Notes under the pieces: model-generated
What the model saw: the letters and a program-made list of their open reading frames with translations, nothing else
Database searches by the model: none
Told to the model about the DNA's origin: nothing
From: an uncultured Candidatus Saccharibacteria bacterium
Lineage (GTDB): Bacteria > Patescibacteriota > CALEFQ01
NCBI GenBank assembly: GCA_965230955.1
Contig: OZ246404.1
Span: 289,184-353,183, forward strand
Direction: 5' to 3'
DNA length: 64,000 bases
Part shown: piece by piece, positions 36,853 to 45,698 of the stretch
Position numbering within the stretch: position 1 is the stretch's first letter
Layout: every line of letters starts with the position of its first letter
Program-made: the position numbers and the translations under genes

Positions 36853-37833
36853 ATGCCTAAATCTTTTTTGGGAGTCGATGTCGGTTCGGTCAGTTGCAAT
36901 GTAATTGCGATTGATGAATCCGGTAAACTTTTAGCCAAAACTTATATTCGCACCCATGGCCAGCCGATTCAGGCGATCAAAAAAGGCGTGGCGGAAATTG
37001 AGCCGAAACTGAAAGATTATACCGTCGCCGGCGTAGGAACTACCGGGAGCGGCCGCAATCTCGCCGGAGTTTTGGTCGGGGCAGATGTCGTCAAAAACGA
37101 AATTACGGCGCATGCGGTCGCTGCCGCCAAAGAAATACCGGACGTGAGTACTGTTTTGGAAATAGGCGGCCAAGATTCAAAAATTATCATCCTGCGCGAC
37201 GGCATCGTGACCGATTTTGCTATGAATACAGTCTGTGCCGCCGGTACCGGCTCATTTTTGGATCAGCAGTGCGGTCGATTGGGAATTCAAATTGAAGATT
37301 TCGGCGATTTGGCCCTGCAATCAAAAACCAACGTCAATATTGCCGGCCGGTGCACGGTTTTTGCCGAATCGGACATGATCCACAAACAGCAGACCGGCGC
37401 CAGCCGCGAAGATATTATCCGCGGCTTGTGCGAAGCTCTGGTGCGCAATTACTTGAACAATGTCGCGAAAGGCAAGGATATCCAGGAAACGGTTGTTTTC
37501 CAGGGTGGAGTGGCCGCCAATAAAGGGATCAAAGCCGAATTTGAAAAGGCCTTGAAAAAAAAGGTGATCATTCCCAAAAACTTTGATGTTATGGGGGCGA
37601 TTGGTGCCGCAATTTTGGCGCAGGAATCGGCGCCGGTTCAGACAAAGTTCAAAGGTTTTAATATCGCCCAAACTGAATTCAAGACAACCGCTTTCCAGTG
37701 CCTCGATTGCGCCAATAAATGTGAAGTGGTGGAATTTCGCGAGAATGGCAAAGTTATTGCCCGGTGGGGTGACCGTTGCGGCAAATGGAGCGAAAATTTG
37801 GGCAAAAATCCGGCGGATAAAATAGAAAAGTAA
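36853..37833 (+). CDS. BadF/BadG/BcrA/BcrD-type ATPase (HgdC-like activase / archerase) with an extra C-terminal 4-Cys motif
   Basis: Acetate/sugar kinase fold motifs LGVDVGSVSCNV, VAGVGTTGSG, NTVCAAGTGSF and FQGGVAANKG; C-terminal CLDCANKCEVV...GDRCGKW. Confidence 0.7.
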   Translation: MPKSFLGVDVGSVSCNVIAIDESGKLLAKTYIRTHGQPIQAIKKGVAEIEPKLKDYTVAGVGTTGSGRNLAGVLVGADVVKNEITAHAVAAAKEIPDVSTVLEIGGQDSKIIILRDGIVTDFAMNTVCAAGTGSFLDQQCGRLGIQIEDFGDLALQSKTNVNIAGRCTVFAESDMIHKQQTGASREDIIRGLCEALVRNYLNNVAKGKDIQETVVFQGGVAANKGIKAEFEKALKKKVIIPKNFDVMGAIGAAILAQESAPVQTKFKGFNIAQTEFKTTAFQCLDCANKCEVVEFRENGKVIARWGDRCGKWSENLGKNPADKIEK

Positions 37834-37859
37834 ATTAGTTAATTGGGAGATAAAATGAT

Positions 37860-38597
37860 ATGGAAGTTGCCGGCCGCGAAAAATTTACCACGTTAGTCAT
37901 ATTCCTGTTGTCGGTAATTATCGTTTTGGCGGGAGCGGTTGTTTTTCTCTGGCGGGCCGCCGATCAATCGTTGGTCAACCGCTCTAAACAAGCCGAAGCC
38001 AGCGTGGTCGGTGTCGTGGCTACTAAAAACGTTGAAGAATCGTCCGGTCTTTTCTTCGGCGGCGCGGTGAACAGCGATGTTTTGGAGGCGGCCGGCGGGG
38101 GGACGGGATTTTTTGTCAGCCCCGAAGGCTTAATCGCCACCAATGACCATATCTTGGCTGGAGAAAATTACACGGCTGTTACCGCGTCCGGAGAAAAATT
38201 TCCGGCTCGAGTGATCCGGCAGTTTCCCGAAAAAGATATCGCCTTTTTGAAAATAGACGGCGGTACTTGGCCGGCAGTGGAATTTAAATTGTTACCCCCG
38301 GTGGTTAAGGGACAAAAAGTTTTTTCCCTGGGGAATAGTCTCGGATACTATTCCGGCACGCTGCATACGGGCGTGGTTTCAGCGCCTAATCGAAGGATCG
38401 AGAAGAATGGCCTGTCTTTTGAGGAGATGGTTCAGGTGGAAATGCATATTGCCGAAGGTGATTCCGGTGCTCCGTTGTTTGACGAGACCGGTCGGGTGAT
38501 TGGAATGTTGACGGCCTTTGATGATCGAGCCGAGGGTTTGGCCTTTGCCATCCCCGGCCGCCGGATTGTCGAGGCTTTAGATCTTCTGGAAGAGTAA
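37860..38597 (+). CDS. Trypsin-like serine protease (S1C, no PDZ domain), membrane-anchored
   Basis: GTGFFVSPEGLIATNDHI (His), D, GDSGAPLF (Ser); N-terminal TM. Confidence 0.7.
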   Translation: MEVAGREKFTTLVIFLLSVIIVLAGAVVFLWRAADQSLVNRSKQAEASVVGVVATKNVEESSGLFFGGAVNSDVLEAAGGGTGFFVSPEGLIATNDHILAGENYTAVTASGEKFPARVIRQFPEKDIAFLKIDGGTWPAVEFKLLPPVVKGQKVFSLGNSLGYYSGTLHTGVVSAPNRRIEKNGLSFEEMVQVEMHIAEGDSGAPLFDETGRVIGMLTAFDDRAEGLAFAIPGRRIVEALDLLEE

Positions 38598-38633
38598 GTT
38601 ATAAGCCTTTCATCGATAACTATAAATAATCAG

Positions 38634-39896
38634 ATGGAAAATCAAACTGCTAATAATTTTTCCGCTTCCGGCAATGTTTCGGGCAACTTGCCTTCCGGCT
38701 CGAAGCCTAAAACTCCCTGGACGGGCGTGATTATTTTATCGTTGGTTGTCAGTTTTGTCGTCAGTTCCACGGTGGGGTATCTGACCGGCGGCAAAATCGG
38801 CAATCTATTCAATAAAAATTCGGTGCGGGGAGAGATTCCTGGATTGACCACGGTAGTCGATCAAGCGCAAGAGGAATCGGCTGTTATTTCCGCCGTGGAA
38901 AAAGCGCAGTCGGCCGTGGTGAGTATTGTAGTGACCAAGGATCTGAGCAAGCTGTATCAGGAAAATAATTCTTTTTCCCCTTTTATGTTCCAACTGCCGA
39001 GTTCCGGACAGGATCAAAAACAGGAAATCGGCGGCGGTACGGGTTTCTTCTTGAGTTCCGACGGATTGGTTTTGACCAACCGTCACGTGGTAGCTGATGA
39101 CACGGCCGAGTATACCGCGATCACCCCGGACGGTACCCGCTATGACCAGGTCAGAGTGCTGGCGCGCGATTCGGTTAATGATATGGCTTTGCTGAAAGTG
39201 GAGGGCGATAATTTTCCCACCGTTGAACTGGGTGATTCCAGCAATCTGAAAGTCGGCCAGACCGTTATCGCCATCGGCAATACTTTGGGCGAGTATCAAA
39301 ATTCCGTGACCCAGGGCATTGTGAGCGGTTTGGGAAGAAGTATCACGGCCGGCGGCAGTTATGGTCAATCCTCAGAACGTTTGACCGATATCATACAAAC
39401 CGATGCCGCCATTAATTCCGGCAATTCCGGCGGACCGCTGGTAAATCTGGCCGGGCAGGTAATCGGGGTTAATACCGCGGTGGATTTTTCCGGACAATCG
39501 GTGGGATTCGCTCTGCCGATCAATAGCCTAAAGCCTGAAATTCAAAGCGTTAAAGAGCAAGGCAAGATTATCCGTCCGTATCTCGGGGTGCGATATGTTT
39601 TACTGAATGATCAAATTTCCAAACAAAATAATTTGCCGGTGAATTACGGCGCTTTGCTGATTCGGGGGCAAAAAATTTCCGATCTGGCTATTTTACCCGG
39701 AAGCCCGGCCGATAAAGCCGGCCTAGAAGAAAATGACATTGTGCTGGAAATCAACGGCCAGCGTTTGGATGAAAATAACGACTTGACAGCCGAGATAAAT
39801 AAATTTAAGGTTAGCGATCAAGTCAAACTCAAGGTCTGGCATGACGGCAAGGAAAAAGAAGTAACGGTGAATTTACAGGAACGGCCCAATCAATAG
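38634..39896 (+). CDS. htrA: HtrA/DegP-family serine protease with PDZ domain
   Basis: GTGFFLSSDGLVLTNRHV, GNSGGPLVN, and PDZ segment ILPGSPADKAGLEENDIVLEINGQ. Confidence 0.8.
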   Translation: MENQTANNFSASGNVSGNLPSGSKPKTPWTGVIILSLVVSFVVSSTVGYLTGGKIGNLFNKNSVRGEIPGLTTVVDQAQEESAVISAVEKAQSAVVSIVVTKDLSKLYQENNSFSPFMFQLPSSGQDQKQEIGGGTGFFLSSDGLVLTNRHVVADDTAEYTAITPDGTRYDQVRVLARDSVNDMALLKVEGDNFPTVELGDSSNLKVGQTVIAIGNTLGEYQNSVTQGIVSGLGRSITAGGSYGQSSERLTDIIQTDAAINSGNSGGPLVNLAGQVIGVNTAVDFSGQSVGFALPINSLKPEIQSVKEQGKIIRPYLGVRYVLLNDQISKQNNLPVNYGALLIRGQKISDLAILPGSPADKAGLEENDIVLEINGQRLDENNDLTAEINKFKVSDQVKLKVWHDGKEKEVTVNLQERPNQ

Positions 39897-39902
39897 AGGG
39901 AG

Positions 39903-40136
39903 GTGAAGGTGAGACGAGATAAAATTTCGAAAGAAGAGTATCTAGCGGATCAGCGGGGCGGGGCAACACGATTGCGCTGGCGGGCGATACGGGCGCATTT
40001 TTCCGACAAGCCGGTAGAAGCGGCTCGCTTCTGCCTCCGGCATGGTCCCTGTCCGGAAATCATTTTTACCGGCCTGGAGTTCAATGACCCGGACTGGTAC
40101 AATGAATTTTTCATGGAGTATTTTCGACGGGCCTAA
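39903..40136 (+). CDS. Hypothetical small protein (GTG start)
   Basis: GAGGGAGG RBS; followed by hairpin GGGCCTAAAGC/GCTTTAGGCCC at 40130-40154. Confidence 0.3.
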   Translation: MKVRRDKISKEEYLADQRGGATRLRWRAIRAHFSDKPVEAARFCLRHGPCPEIIFTGLEFNDPDWYNEFFMEYFRRA

Positions 40137-40199
40137 AGCATCGCTTTAGGCCCTCAACCTTTTATTTTTTACCATTTTATCTGTTTAAACGCGGAGTCC

Positions 40200-41279
40200 A
40201 TGGCTAAAGATTATTACGAAATTCTAGGAGTTGCCAAAGACGCTTCCGATGACGACATCAAGCGGGCTTTTCGGAAACTGGCGCATCAGCACCATCCGGA
40301 TAAAAACGGCGGCGACGCGGAAAAATTCAAAGAAATCAACTCTGCCTACCAAGTATTGTCGGATAAACAAAAACGCGCGCAATATGACCAATTTGGTTCC
40401 TCCTTTGAAGGGGCGGGGCCGGGCGGTCCATCGGCGGGCGGTTTTGGAGGATTCGACTTTTCCAATTTCGGTGGCGCCGGCGGGGCGCAACAATTTGATT
40501 TTAGTGATTTAGGCGATATTTTTGGTGGCGTATTTGGTGGTCGGTCGCGTCGTCGATCCGGTCCGGTGCCGGGCGACGATATAGAAATGGTTGTCAATCT
40601 GGAGTTCATGGAAGCGGTTCAAGGGACTCAAAAACAATTACGCGTTTTTAAGCGAATGAATTGTTCCCATTGTCACGGAAATGGAGCGGAACCGGGGACC
40701 CCGATCGTGACCTGTACCGAATGCGGTGGGACCGGCCAAGTAACTACCGTTCGCCAAACTATTTTAGGCGCTTTTCAACAAGTCACTACTTGTCCCAAGT
40801 GTCGGGGCGAGGGAAAATCTGCTAAAAAACCGTGCCGGCAATGCGGGGGAGACGGCCGGGTGCGGGATTATGATACATTTACCGTGAAAATTCCAGCGGG
40901 TATTGATAACGGTCAGACTATTCAGCTCGACGGCCGCGGCGAAGCGGGCGAGAAGGGCGGGCCGGCGGGCGATTTATATTTGCGAATCAAGGTCAAGGCG
41001 CACGATGTTTTCCGCCGCGATGGTTTTGATATTTTTTCGCGCCAGCCGATAAGCTTCAAGCAGGCGGCGCTGGGCGATAGAATCACAGTGGCCGGATTGG
41101 AAGGGGAAGAGGAAATAAAAATCCCGGCCGGCACTCAGACCGGAACTGTTTTCAAACTGCGGGGAAAAGGGATTGTGCACCTGCACAGCACTCGGCGCGG
41201 CGATCAACTGGTGGAAGTGGTTTTGGTCACCCCCAGAAAACTGACTCGAGAACAAAGAAAAGGTCTGGAAATCTTATAA
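40200..41279 (+). CDS. dnaJ: Chaperone DnaJ
   Basis: J-domain [15 protein letters not shown] region, and four CxxCxGxG zinc-finger repeats. Confidence 0.9.
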   Translation: MAKDYYEILGVAKDASDDDIKRAFRKLAHQHHPDKNGGDAEKFKEINSAYQVLSDKQKRAQYDQFGSSFEGAGPGGPSAGGFGGFDFSNFGGAGGAQQFDFSDLGDIFGGVFGGRSRRRSGPVPGDDIEMVVNLEFMEAVQGTQKQLRVFKRMNCSHCHGNGAEPGTPIVTCTECGGTGQVTTVRQTILGAFQQVTTCPKCRGEGKSAKKPCRQCGGDGRVRDYDTFTVKIPAGIDNGQTIQLDGRGEAGEKGGPAGDLYLRIKVKAHDVFRRDGFDIFSRQPISFKQAALGDRITVAGLEGEEEIKIPAGTQTGTVFKLRGKGIVHLHSTRRGDQLVEVVLVTPRKLTREQRKGLEIL

Positions 41280-41283
41280 ATAT

Positions 41284-41316
41284 AAAACAGCCCGTGTCTG
41301 ATCCGGGCTGTTTTTA
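41284..41316 (+). terminator. Rho-independent terminator AACAGCCCG-tgtctgat-CCGGGCTGTT followed by TTTTATT
   Basis: Perfect stem plus T-tract after dnaJ; also serves the convergent minus-strand gene. Confidence 0.7.
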
Positions 41317-42870
41317 TTGGGGCAGGATTAATCCCCGTCCCAGGATGATCAAAGCTGTCACCGCAATAAAGCAGTAAATAGTGAGCAGATAATATTTATC
41401 CTGAGCTTTAATTTCGCCGATCAGCCAATAAATGAAAAAGGCAAACAGAGCCGTGAAAATAAACAATATCCAACTGAAATATTGGTAGAGAATAAATGGT
41501 ACGGTGAGAAAAGAAATAGCGACAAGTATTCCGACCAGGCGATGGGTAATGGCCGGTGAAAATCGCCGGCTTAACAGTGACGGTATCGTATTGACGCGGT
41601 TGGCTGTATCGCCGGCGATATCTTTCAGGTCTTTCACGATGGAAACAATTGTGACCAGTACCAGTGTCATAAAAACCAGGGCCGGGGGAAAGCTTTGGAA
41701 ACTCTGCTCGGGCGAAAATACGGCAAACCCGGCCAGCAAGCAGATCAGGGCGGCCAGGGCGATGACAAAATTAGAAATCCCGGCGAGTTGCCGCAGGCGC
41801 AGGGGCGGGCAGGAATAAAGAAAAGTTAAGATTATAAAGGCGAGTAGCAACATAAAAAAGGTGTGACTGACATAGCCGGCCGCTCCCAAGGAAATGATGA
41901 TCAATATGGCCGCGCCCCACCAGTAATCAGCGGGAATCAATTGCCCGGTGATTAATCCCCGGTGCGGATTCGATACTTGATCGATTTTTCGGTCCATCAC
42001 GTCATTAACCAGCGCTGCTTGCCCCCAGGCGCCCAAAATAGAGCAGACGGCTAGGATCATAGTGAAAATTATGTCCAACGACCAATCGATTAGCGCTCCA
42101 TAATAAGCCAGGCTGATGGCGATTCCCAGTCCGAGAAAAACTATGTAAATCAGGCCGCGATTTAAACGGGCGTTTTTAAATACTTGTTTAAAGGTGTCGG
42201 GTTGGTAAAGGCGCAGGAAAATTACTACGGCCAGAACTAGTAATAAATAGAAAAAACCGCCGACCGAGATTGAGGTCAGTGGAAAGTTGGCCAAAGAGAG
42301 TCCATTGGATAATTTTACCAGTAGTATTGGAGCGACTCCGGCGATCATGATAATCAGGTAAACGAGGATGGAAGCCAGGATCGCCTTGATGATATTTTTT
42401 GCCACCAGGATGACATAAGTGAAACAGCCGGTCATTATGACCAGTAGTTCGGTCATGATGCCGATCGTGACGCCGGTTTGATGATTGGGTCCGCACATGG
42501 TCAAAAGAGCGGAGCCCAATTCCGCCCAGGAATTGGGCTGGCAGTAGGCGATATCCAATCCCCGGCCTCCCGATACCGCCAGGTCGATCACCGGGGGCAG
42601 TAAAATAATCAGCGAGCCGAGGGTGATAAATTTAAAAACTGCGCCGATCGGGTGTTTTGTGATCAGGTGCAGAGCGATGATAATTACCAAGAAAACTAGC
42701 AGATACCAGGGCAAGAAATGCAGAAAAATCTCAGGCGCGATTTCTAAGGTCTTGGGTGTCCGGTAGAGATCTGTATCGGAAAAGCCTTCGAGGATGTTGC
42801 GTAAAATAATAATACCCGGCAAAAGCAGGGCGTAGGGCCAGATATTTTTTGGGGAGAAGTTTATTTTCAT
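41314..42870 (-). CDS. Polytopic membrane protein: N-terminal membrane domain fused to a UbiA-family prenyltransferase domain
   Basis: About 14 TM segments; UbiA motif NDVMDRKIDQVSNPHRGLITG in the second half. Confidence 0.5.
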   Translation of the reverse strand: MKINFSPKNIWPYALLLPGIIILRNILEGFSDTDLYRTPKTLEIAPEIFLHFLPWYLLVFLVIIIALHLITKHPIGAVFKFITLGSLIILLPPVIDLAVSGGRGLDIAYCQPNSWAELGSALLTMCGPNHQTGVTIGIMTELLVIMTGCFTYVILVAKNIIKAILASILVYLIIMIAGVAPILLVKLSNGLSLANFPLTSISVGGFFYLLLVLAVVIFLRLYQPDTFKQVFKNARLNRGLIYIVFLGLGIAISLAYYGALIDWSLDIIFTMILAVCSILGAWGQAALVNDVMDRKIDQVSNPHRGLITGQLIPADYWWGAAILIIISLGAAGYVSHTFFMLLLAFIILTFLYSCPPLRLRQLAGISNFVIALAALICLLAGFAVFSPEQSFQSFPPALVFMTLVLVTIVSIVKDLKDIAGDTANRVNTIPSLLSRRFSPAITHRLVGILVAISFLTVPFILYQYFSWILFIFTALFAFFIYWLIGEIKAQDKYYLLTIYCFIAVTALIILGRGLILPQ

Positions 42871-42937
42871 GAGACTCCATCTTATAAAATCACTCTAACA
42901 AAAAAGAGCCCGGCTGACCAGGCTCTTTTTTCGTCGA

Positions 42938-43612
42938 TTAGAGGAGCATCATGAGGGCTCCGAAGAACATTCCGCAACCGAAAGGATGTGACGTGCACCA
43001 TCCATTGGCCCAGCGGTAGGCATCACTGAACCAGCCGGCGTCTTTGACGCTACAGGCATCGGCGGCTTGGAGCGGTTCGGCAACTTGTAGGCCGCTTTTC
43101 AAATTATCACTGAGAGCGATCTTGGAAGCACCGGTGGCGTTTTTGATATTGGTAGCGATAGTTTGTACGTTGCTTGTGTCGCTACTGGTATTCGGCATTG
43201 CACCAGCAATTTCCACTGTAGTCGGAGATTTGATTTGTCGGTCTTTGGTTTTGGCGGTGTCGCTCATGTCAACCAGGTTGGCTTCGGTAATGGTAAAGGT
43301 GTCACCGCATTTCTTCCCGGTAACTTTTCCATCCATCCAGTATTTTGTCCCGTTGGAAGTCCATTCAAATTTTTGGGTGTCGATATTATAGGTTTGGCAT
43401 TGGACACTCAGAGGGGCGCCTTGTGTGTTGGCTTTTAGTCCGGAAACTTGAGTGGAAGTGGGCGTCGGGGTTGGAGTGGTGGTGTTGGAGGTGACGCCGT
43501 TATAGCGCAGGACCATGGTAGATCCCAGAGTCGTAAACGACATTACCAGCCAAATTGCTAATGCTCCGATGATCAGGCCGAGCACCAGCGAGATGACATT
43601 TTTTTTGTCCAT
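42938..43612 (-). CDS. Membrane-anchored secreted protein with PT linker, function unknown
   Basis: N-terminal TM, TTTPTPTPTSTQ linker, Cys-containing C-terminal domain; terminator hairpin AAAAGAGCCCGGCTGACCAGGCTCTTTT at 42910-42942. Confidence 0.45.
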   Translation of the reverse strand: MDKKNVISLVLGLIIGALAIWLVMSFTTLGSTMVLRYNGVTSNTTTPTPTPTSTQVSGLKANTQGAPLSVQCQTYNIDTQKFEWTSNGTKYWMDGKVTGKKCGDTFTITEANLVDMSDTAKTKDRQIKSPTTVEIAGAMPNTSSDTSNVQTIATNIKNATGASKIALSDNLKSGLQVAEPLQAADACSVKDAGWFSDAYRWANGWCTSHPFGCGMFFGALMMLL

Positions 43613-43797
43613 AAAATTAAATTAATTTTTGTTGGTTAAATAACGAAGAAGTTCGACCAACTTCTCAAATATTTGATTATATTATTGTACCTAAATATGT
43701 CGTAAAAATCAACTTTTTATCCACACCTGAACGCGGCTCTTTTTTTACAAAAAGGCGCGATTGTTGTATAATTTCATCATTGGTGAAATAAAAATAA

Positions 43798-44349
43798 ATG
43801 TCGTTTGATTTTTCCCAGCTGGCGGACGCAAGCACGCTCAACTGGGATGGTTTAACACAATTTTTGCAGCAAAATAACACCAGCTGGAATACAGCTATTT
43901 TGGTTTTATTTGCCGGTTTGATTATTTTCTATTTTGGCGCCGGTCTGGGTAAAACAGCCAAAGGAATTATGTCGGTCTATGTGGCTTTGGCGATTGTGAA
44001 TACCGTCAGTTTCTTCCGGCCGGATGGTCCGGAAGTAAATATTCCCGGCCTATTGGTGCTTAAACTCGGTTCATTTGTCGGGCTAAGCTTGATCATTCTG
44101 ATGCTGATTTCGCGATATTCTTTTCATCCGGTGATGCGGATTGATTTGTCGGGAAATGTGATCGAGCGGGTGATTTTCGGAGTTTTGGGTTCCGGTATGT
44201 TGATCGCGATCTTGATGTCATTTCTCCCATCGGAAATTATGGGCACGATCACTCCCGTTTTACGGTCAGTTTTCAATTCCGATATCGGTTTCGCCGCCTG
44301 GCTGATCGGGCCGCTAGTTTGCTTGTTATTTGTAAAATCTGACAAATAG
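43798..44349 (+). CDS. Integral membrane protein, function unknown
   Basis: Four or five predicted TM helices, no motif. Confidence 0.4.
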   Translation: MSFDFSQLADASTLNWDGLTQFLQQNNTSWNTAILVLFAGLIIFYFGAGLGKTAKGIMSVYVALAIVNTVSFFRPDGPEVNIPGLLVLKLGSFVGLSLIILMLISRYSFHPVMRIDLSGNVIERVIFGVLGSGMLIAILMSFLPSEIMGTITPVLRSVFNSDIGFAAWLIGPLVCLLFVKSDK

Positions 44350-44435
44350 ACTTGATTTTTCTGGATAAATAAGTATAGTTAGTGAGGTTGATTTGTGTTT
44401 TGACTTTTGACTTAGTTTTAGGCCCTTAGATCATC

Positions 44436-44533
44436 CTATTGCGCGCTCACTTCGTTCGCGCTTCGTAGAACAGGAACCGATAGATTAATGCGGGCCTGTC
44501 CTACGAAGCTCTCGCGAAGCGAGAGCGTAGTAG
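44436..44533. mobile_element. MITE-like inverted-repeat element (about 100 bp) inserted immediately 5' of tRNA-Ala(GGC); flanked by a duplicated tRNA 5' end (GGCCCTTAGaTCATC at 44421-44435 vs GGCCCTTAGcTCATC at 44535-44549)
   Basis: Terminal inverted repeats CGCTCACTTCGTTCGCGCTTCGTAGAACAGG / CCTGTCCTACGAAGCTCTCGCGAAGCGAGAGCG; direct repeat read from sequence. A paralogous element lies upstream of tRNA-Lys. Confidence 0.5.
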
Positions 44534-44609
44534 GGGCCCTTAGCTCATCTGGTAGAGCGTTCCCATGGCATGGGAGAGGTGACCGGTTCGAGTCCGGTAG
44601 GGTCCACCA
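44534..44609 (+). tRNA. tRNA-Ala (anticodon GGC)
   Basis: GGGCCCT-TA-GCTCATCTGGTAGAGC-G-TTCCC-ATGGCAT-GGGAG-..-ACCGGTTCGAGTCCGGT-AGGGTCC-A-CCA; G3:U70 Ala identity pair present. Confidence 0.85.
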
Positions 44610-44686
44610 TGTATCATTCTTGCGCATAGCAGAAATGCAATGCCGATTGTAAGAACCTTTGAGCTATTTGATAATTTCAAGAAATT

Positions 44687-45229
44687 ATGGCAATACGAAT
44701 AACTTATTTTGTTCACGGAACAACGACTGATAATGAAAAAAATGTTTCATCCGGTTGGTTTGATGTGGAACTTTCAAAGCTCGGTGTCAAGCAGTCAATT
44801 GAGCTGAAAGATAAGATCAAGGATAAAAAATTTGATATTGTCTTTTGTTCTGACTTGAAGAGGGCGGTCGACTCGGCAAAGCTTACCTTTGAGGGACAAG
44901 TCCCAATTTTGCAAGAGAAGAGATTGCGGGAATGCAATTATGGCAAGTATAATGCTCAGCCATCTGAGATCGTTGAACCAATGCAGGAAAAAAGCATTTT
45001 CGAAAGATTTCCCGAAGGTGAAAGCTATGAAGATGTGAAATTGAGAATTGCTGATTTTCTAGAGTTTCTGAAAAAAAACTATGACGGGAAATCGGTTGCG
45101 ATCGTAGCCCACAAGGCACCACAACTCGCATTAGATGTTTTGCTGAAAAAGAAGACTTGGGAACAAGCTTTCGCAGAAGATTGGCGTAAACGAAAAGCTT
45201 GGCAGCCTGGCTGGGAGTATAATATCTAG
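44687..45229 (+). CDS. Histidine phosphatase superfamily protein (phosphoglycerate mutase-like)
   Basis: N-terminal ITYFVHGTTTDNE (RHG-like) and overall branch-1 layout. Confidence 0.5.
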   Translation: MAIRITYFVHGTTTDNEKNVSSGWFDVELSKLGVKQSIELKDKIKDKKFDIVFCSDLKRAVDSAKLTFEGQVPILQEKRLRECNYGKYNAQPSEIVEPMQEKSIFERFPEGESYEDVKLRIADFLEFLKKNYDGKSVAIVAHKAPQLALDVLLKKKTWEQAFAEDWRKRKAWQPGWEYNI

Positions 45230-45342
45230 AGCGTGATGTTTTCTATCGGGAAATATATAGTTATGTTAATTGAATAGTAGGAATTTGTGTTTCCTTGCCG
45301 GTGTCCATGAAAAAAGTTCGAACATCCTCCGCTAGGGACCAC

Positions 45343-45390
45343 CAGCCCCACACTCAAGTTTTTTTCAAAAAAAACTTGAGTGTGGGGCTG
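45343..45390. repeat. Perfect palindrome of the CCCCACACTCA family (copy 2)
   Basis: CAGCCCCACACTCAAGTTTTTTT-C-AAAAAAAACTTGAGTGTGGGGCTG. Confidence 0.6.
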
Positions 45391-45519
45391 GAAAACCAAA
45401 GTTCAAAGCTTAAAATTCAAAGGAAATTTAAAATACAAACTTCAAGTGGTTTTGAATTTTGAGTTTTGCACTTTAGATTTTCAGTCCGTCTTGGGCGGAC
45501 TGTCCATGGGCACATAGCT

Positions 45520-45622
45520 TCCTCTCTCGCGCTTACTTCGTTCGCGCTTCGTAGAACAGGCTGCTGGCAATCAACCAGCAACGGGCCTGCCCTACGAAGC
45601 TCTCGCGAAGCGAGAGCGTAGT
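45520..45622. mobile_element. Second MITE-like inverted-repeat element inserted immediately 5' of tRNA-Lys; flanked by a 12-nt direct repeat of the tRNA 5' end (GGGCACATAGCT at 45508-45519 and 45623-45634)
   Basis: TIRs CGCTTACTTCGTTCGCGCTTCGTAGAACAGG / CCTGCCCTACGAAGCTCTCGCGAAGCGAGAGCG; the right end is identical to the copy at 44496-44533. Confidence 0.5.
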
Positions 45623-45698
45623 AGGGCACATAGCTCAGTCGGTAGAGCAGCTCCCTTTTAAGGAGAAGGTCGCAGGTTCGATTCCTGCTGTGCCCACC
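45623..45698 (+). tRNA. tRNA-Lys (anticodon TTT)
   Basis: GGGCACA-TA-GCTCAGTCGGTAGAGC-A-GCTCC-CTTTTAA-GGAGA-AGGTC-GCAGGTTCGATTCCTGC-TGTGCCC-A-CCA. Confidence 0.85.
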
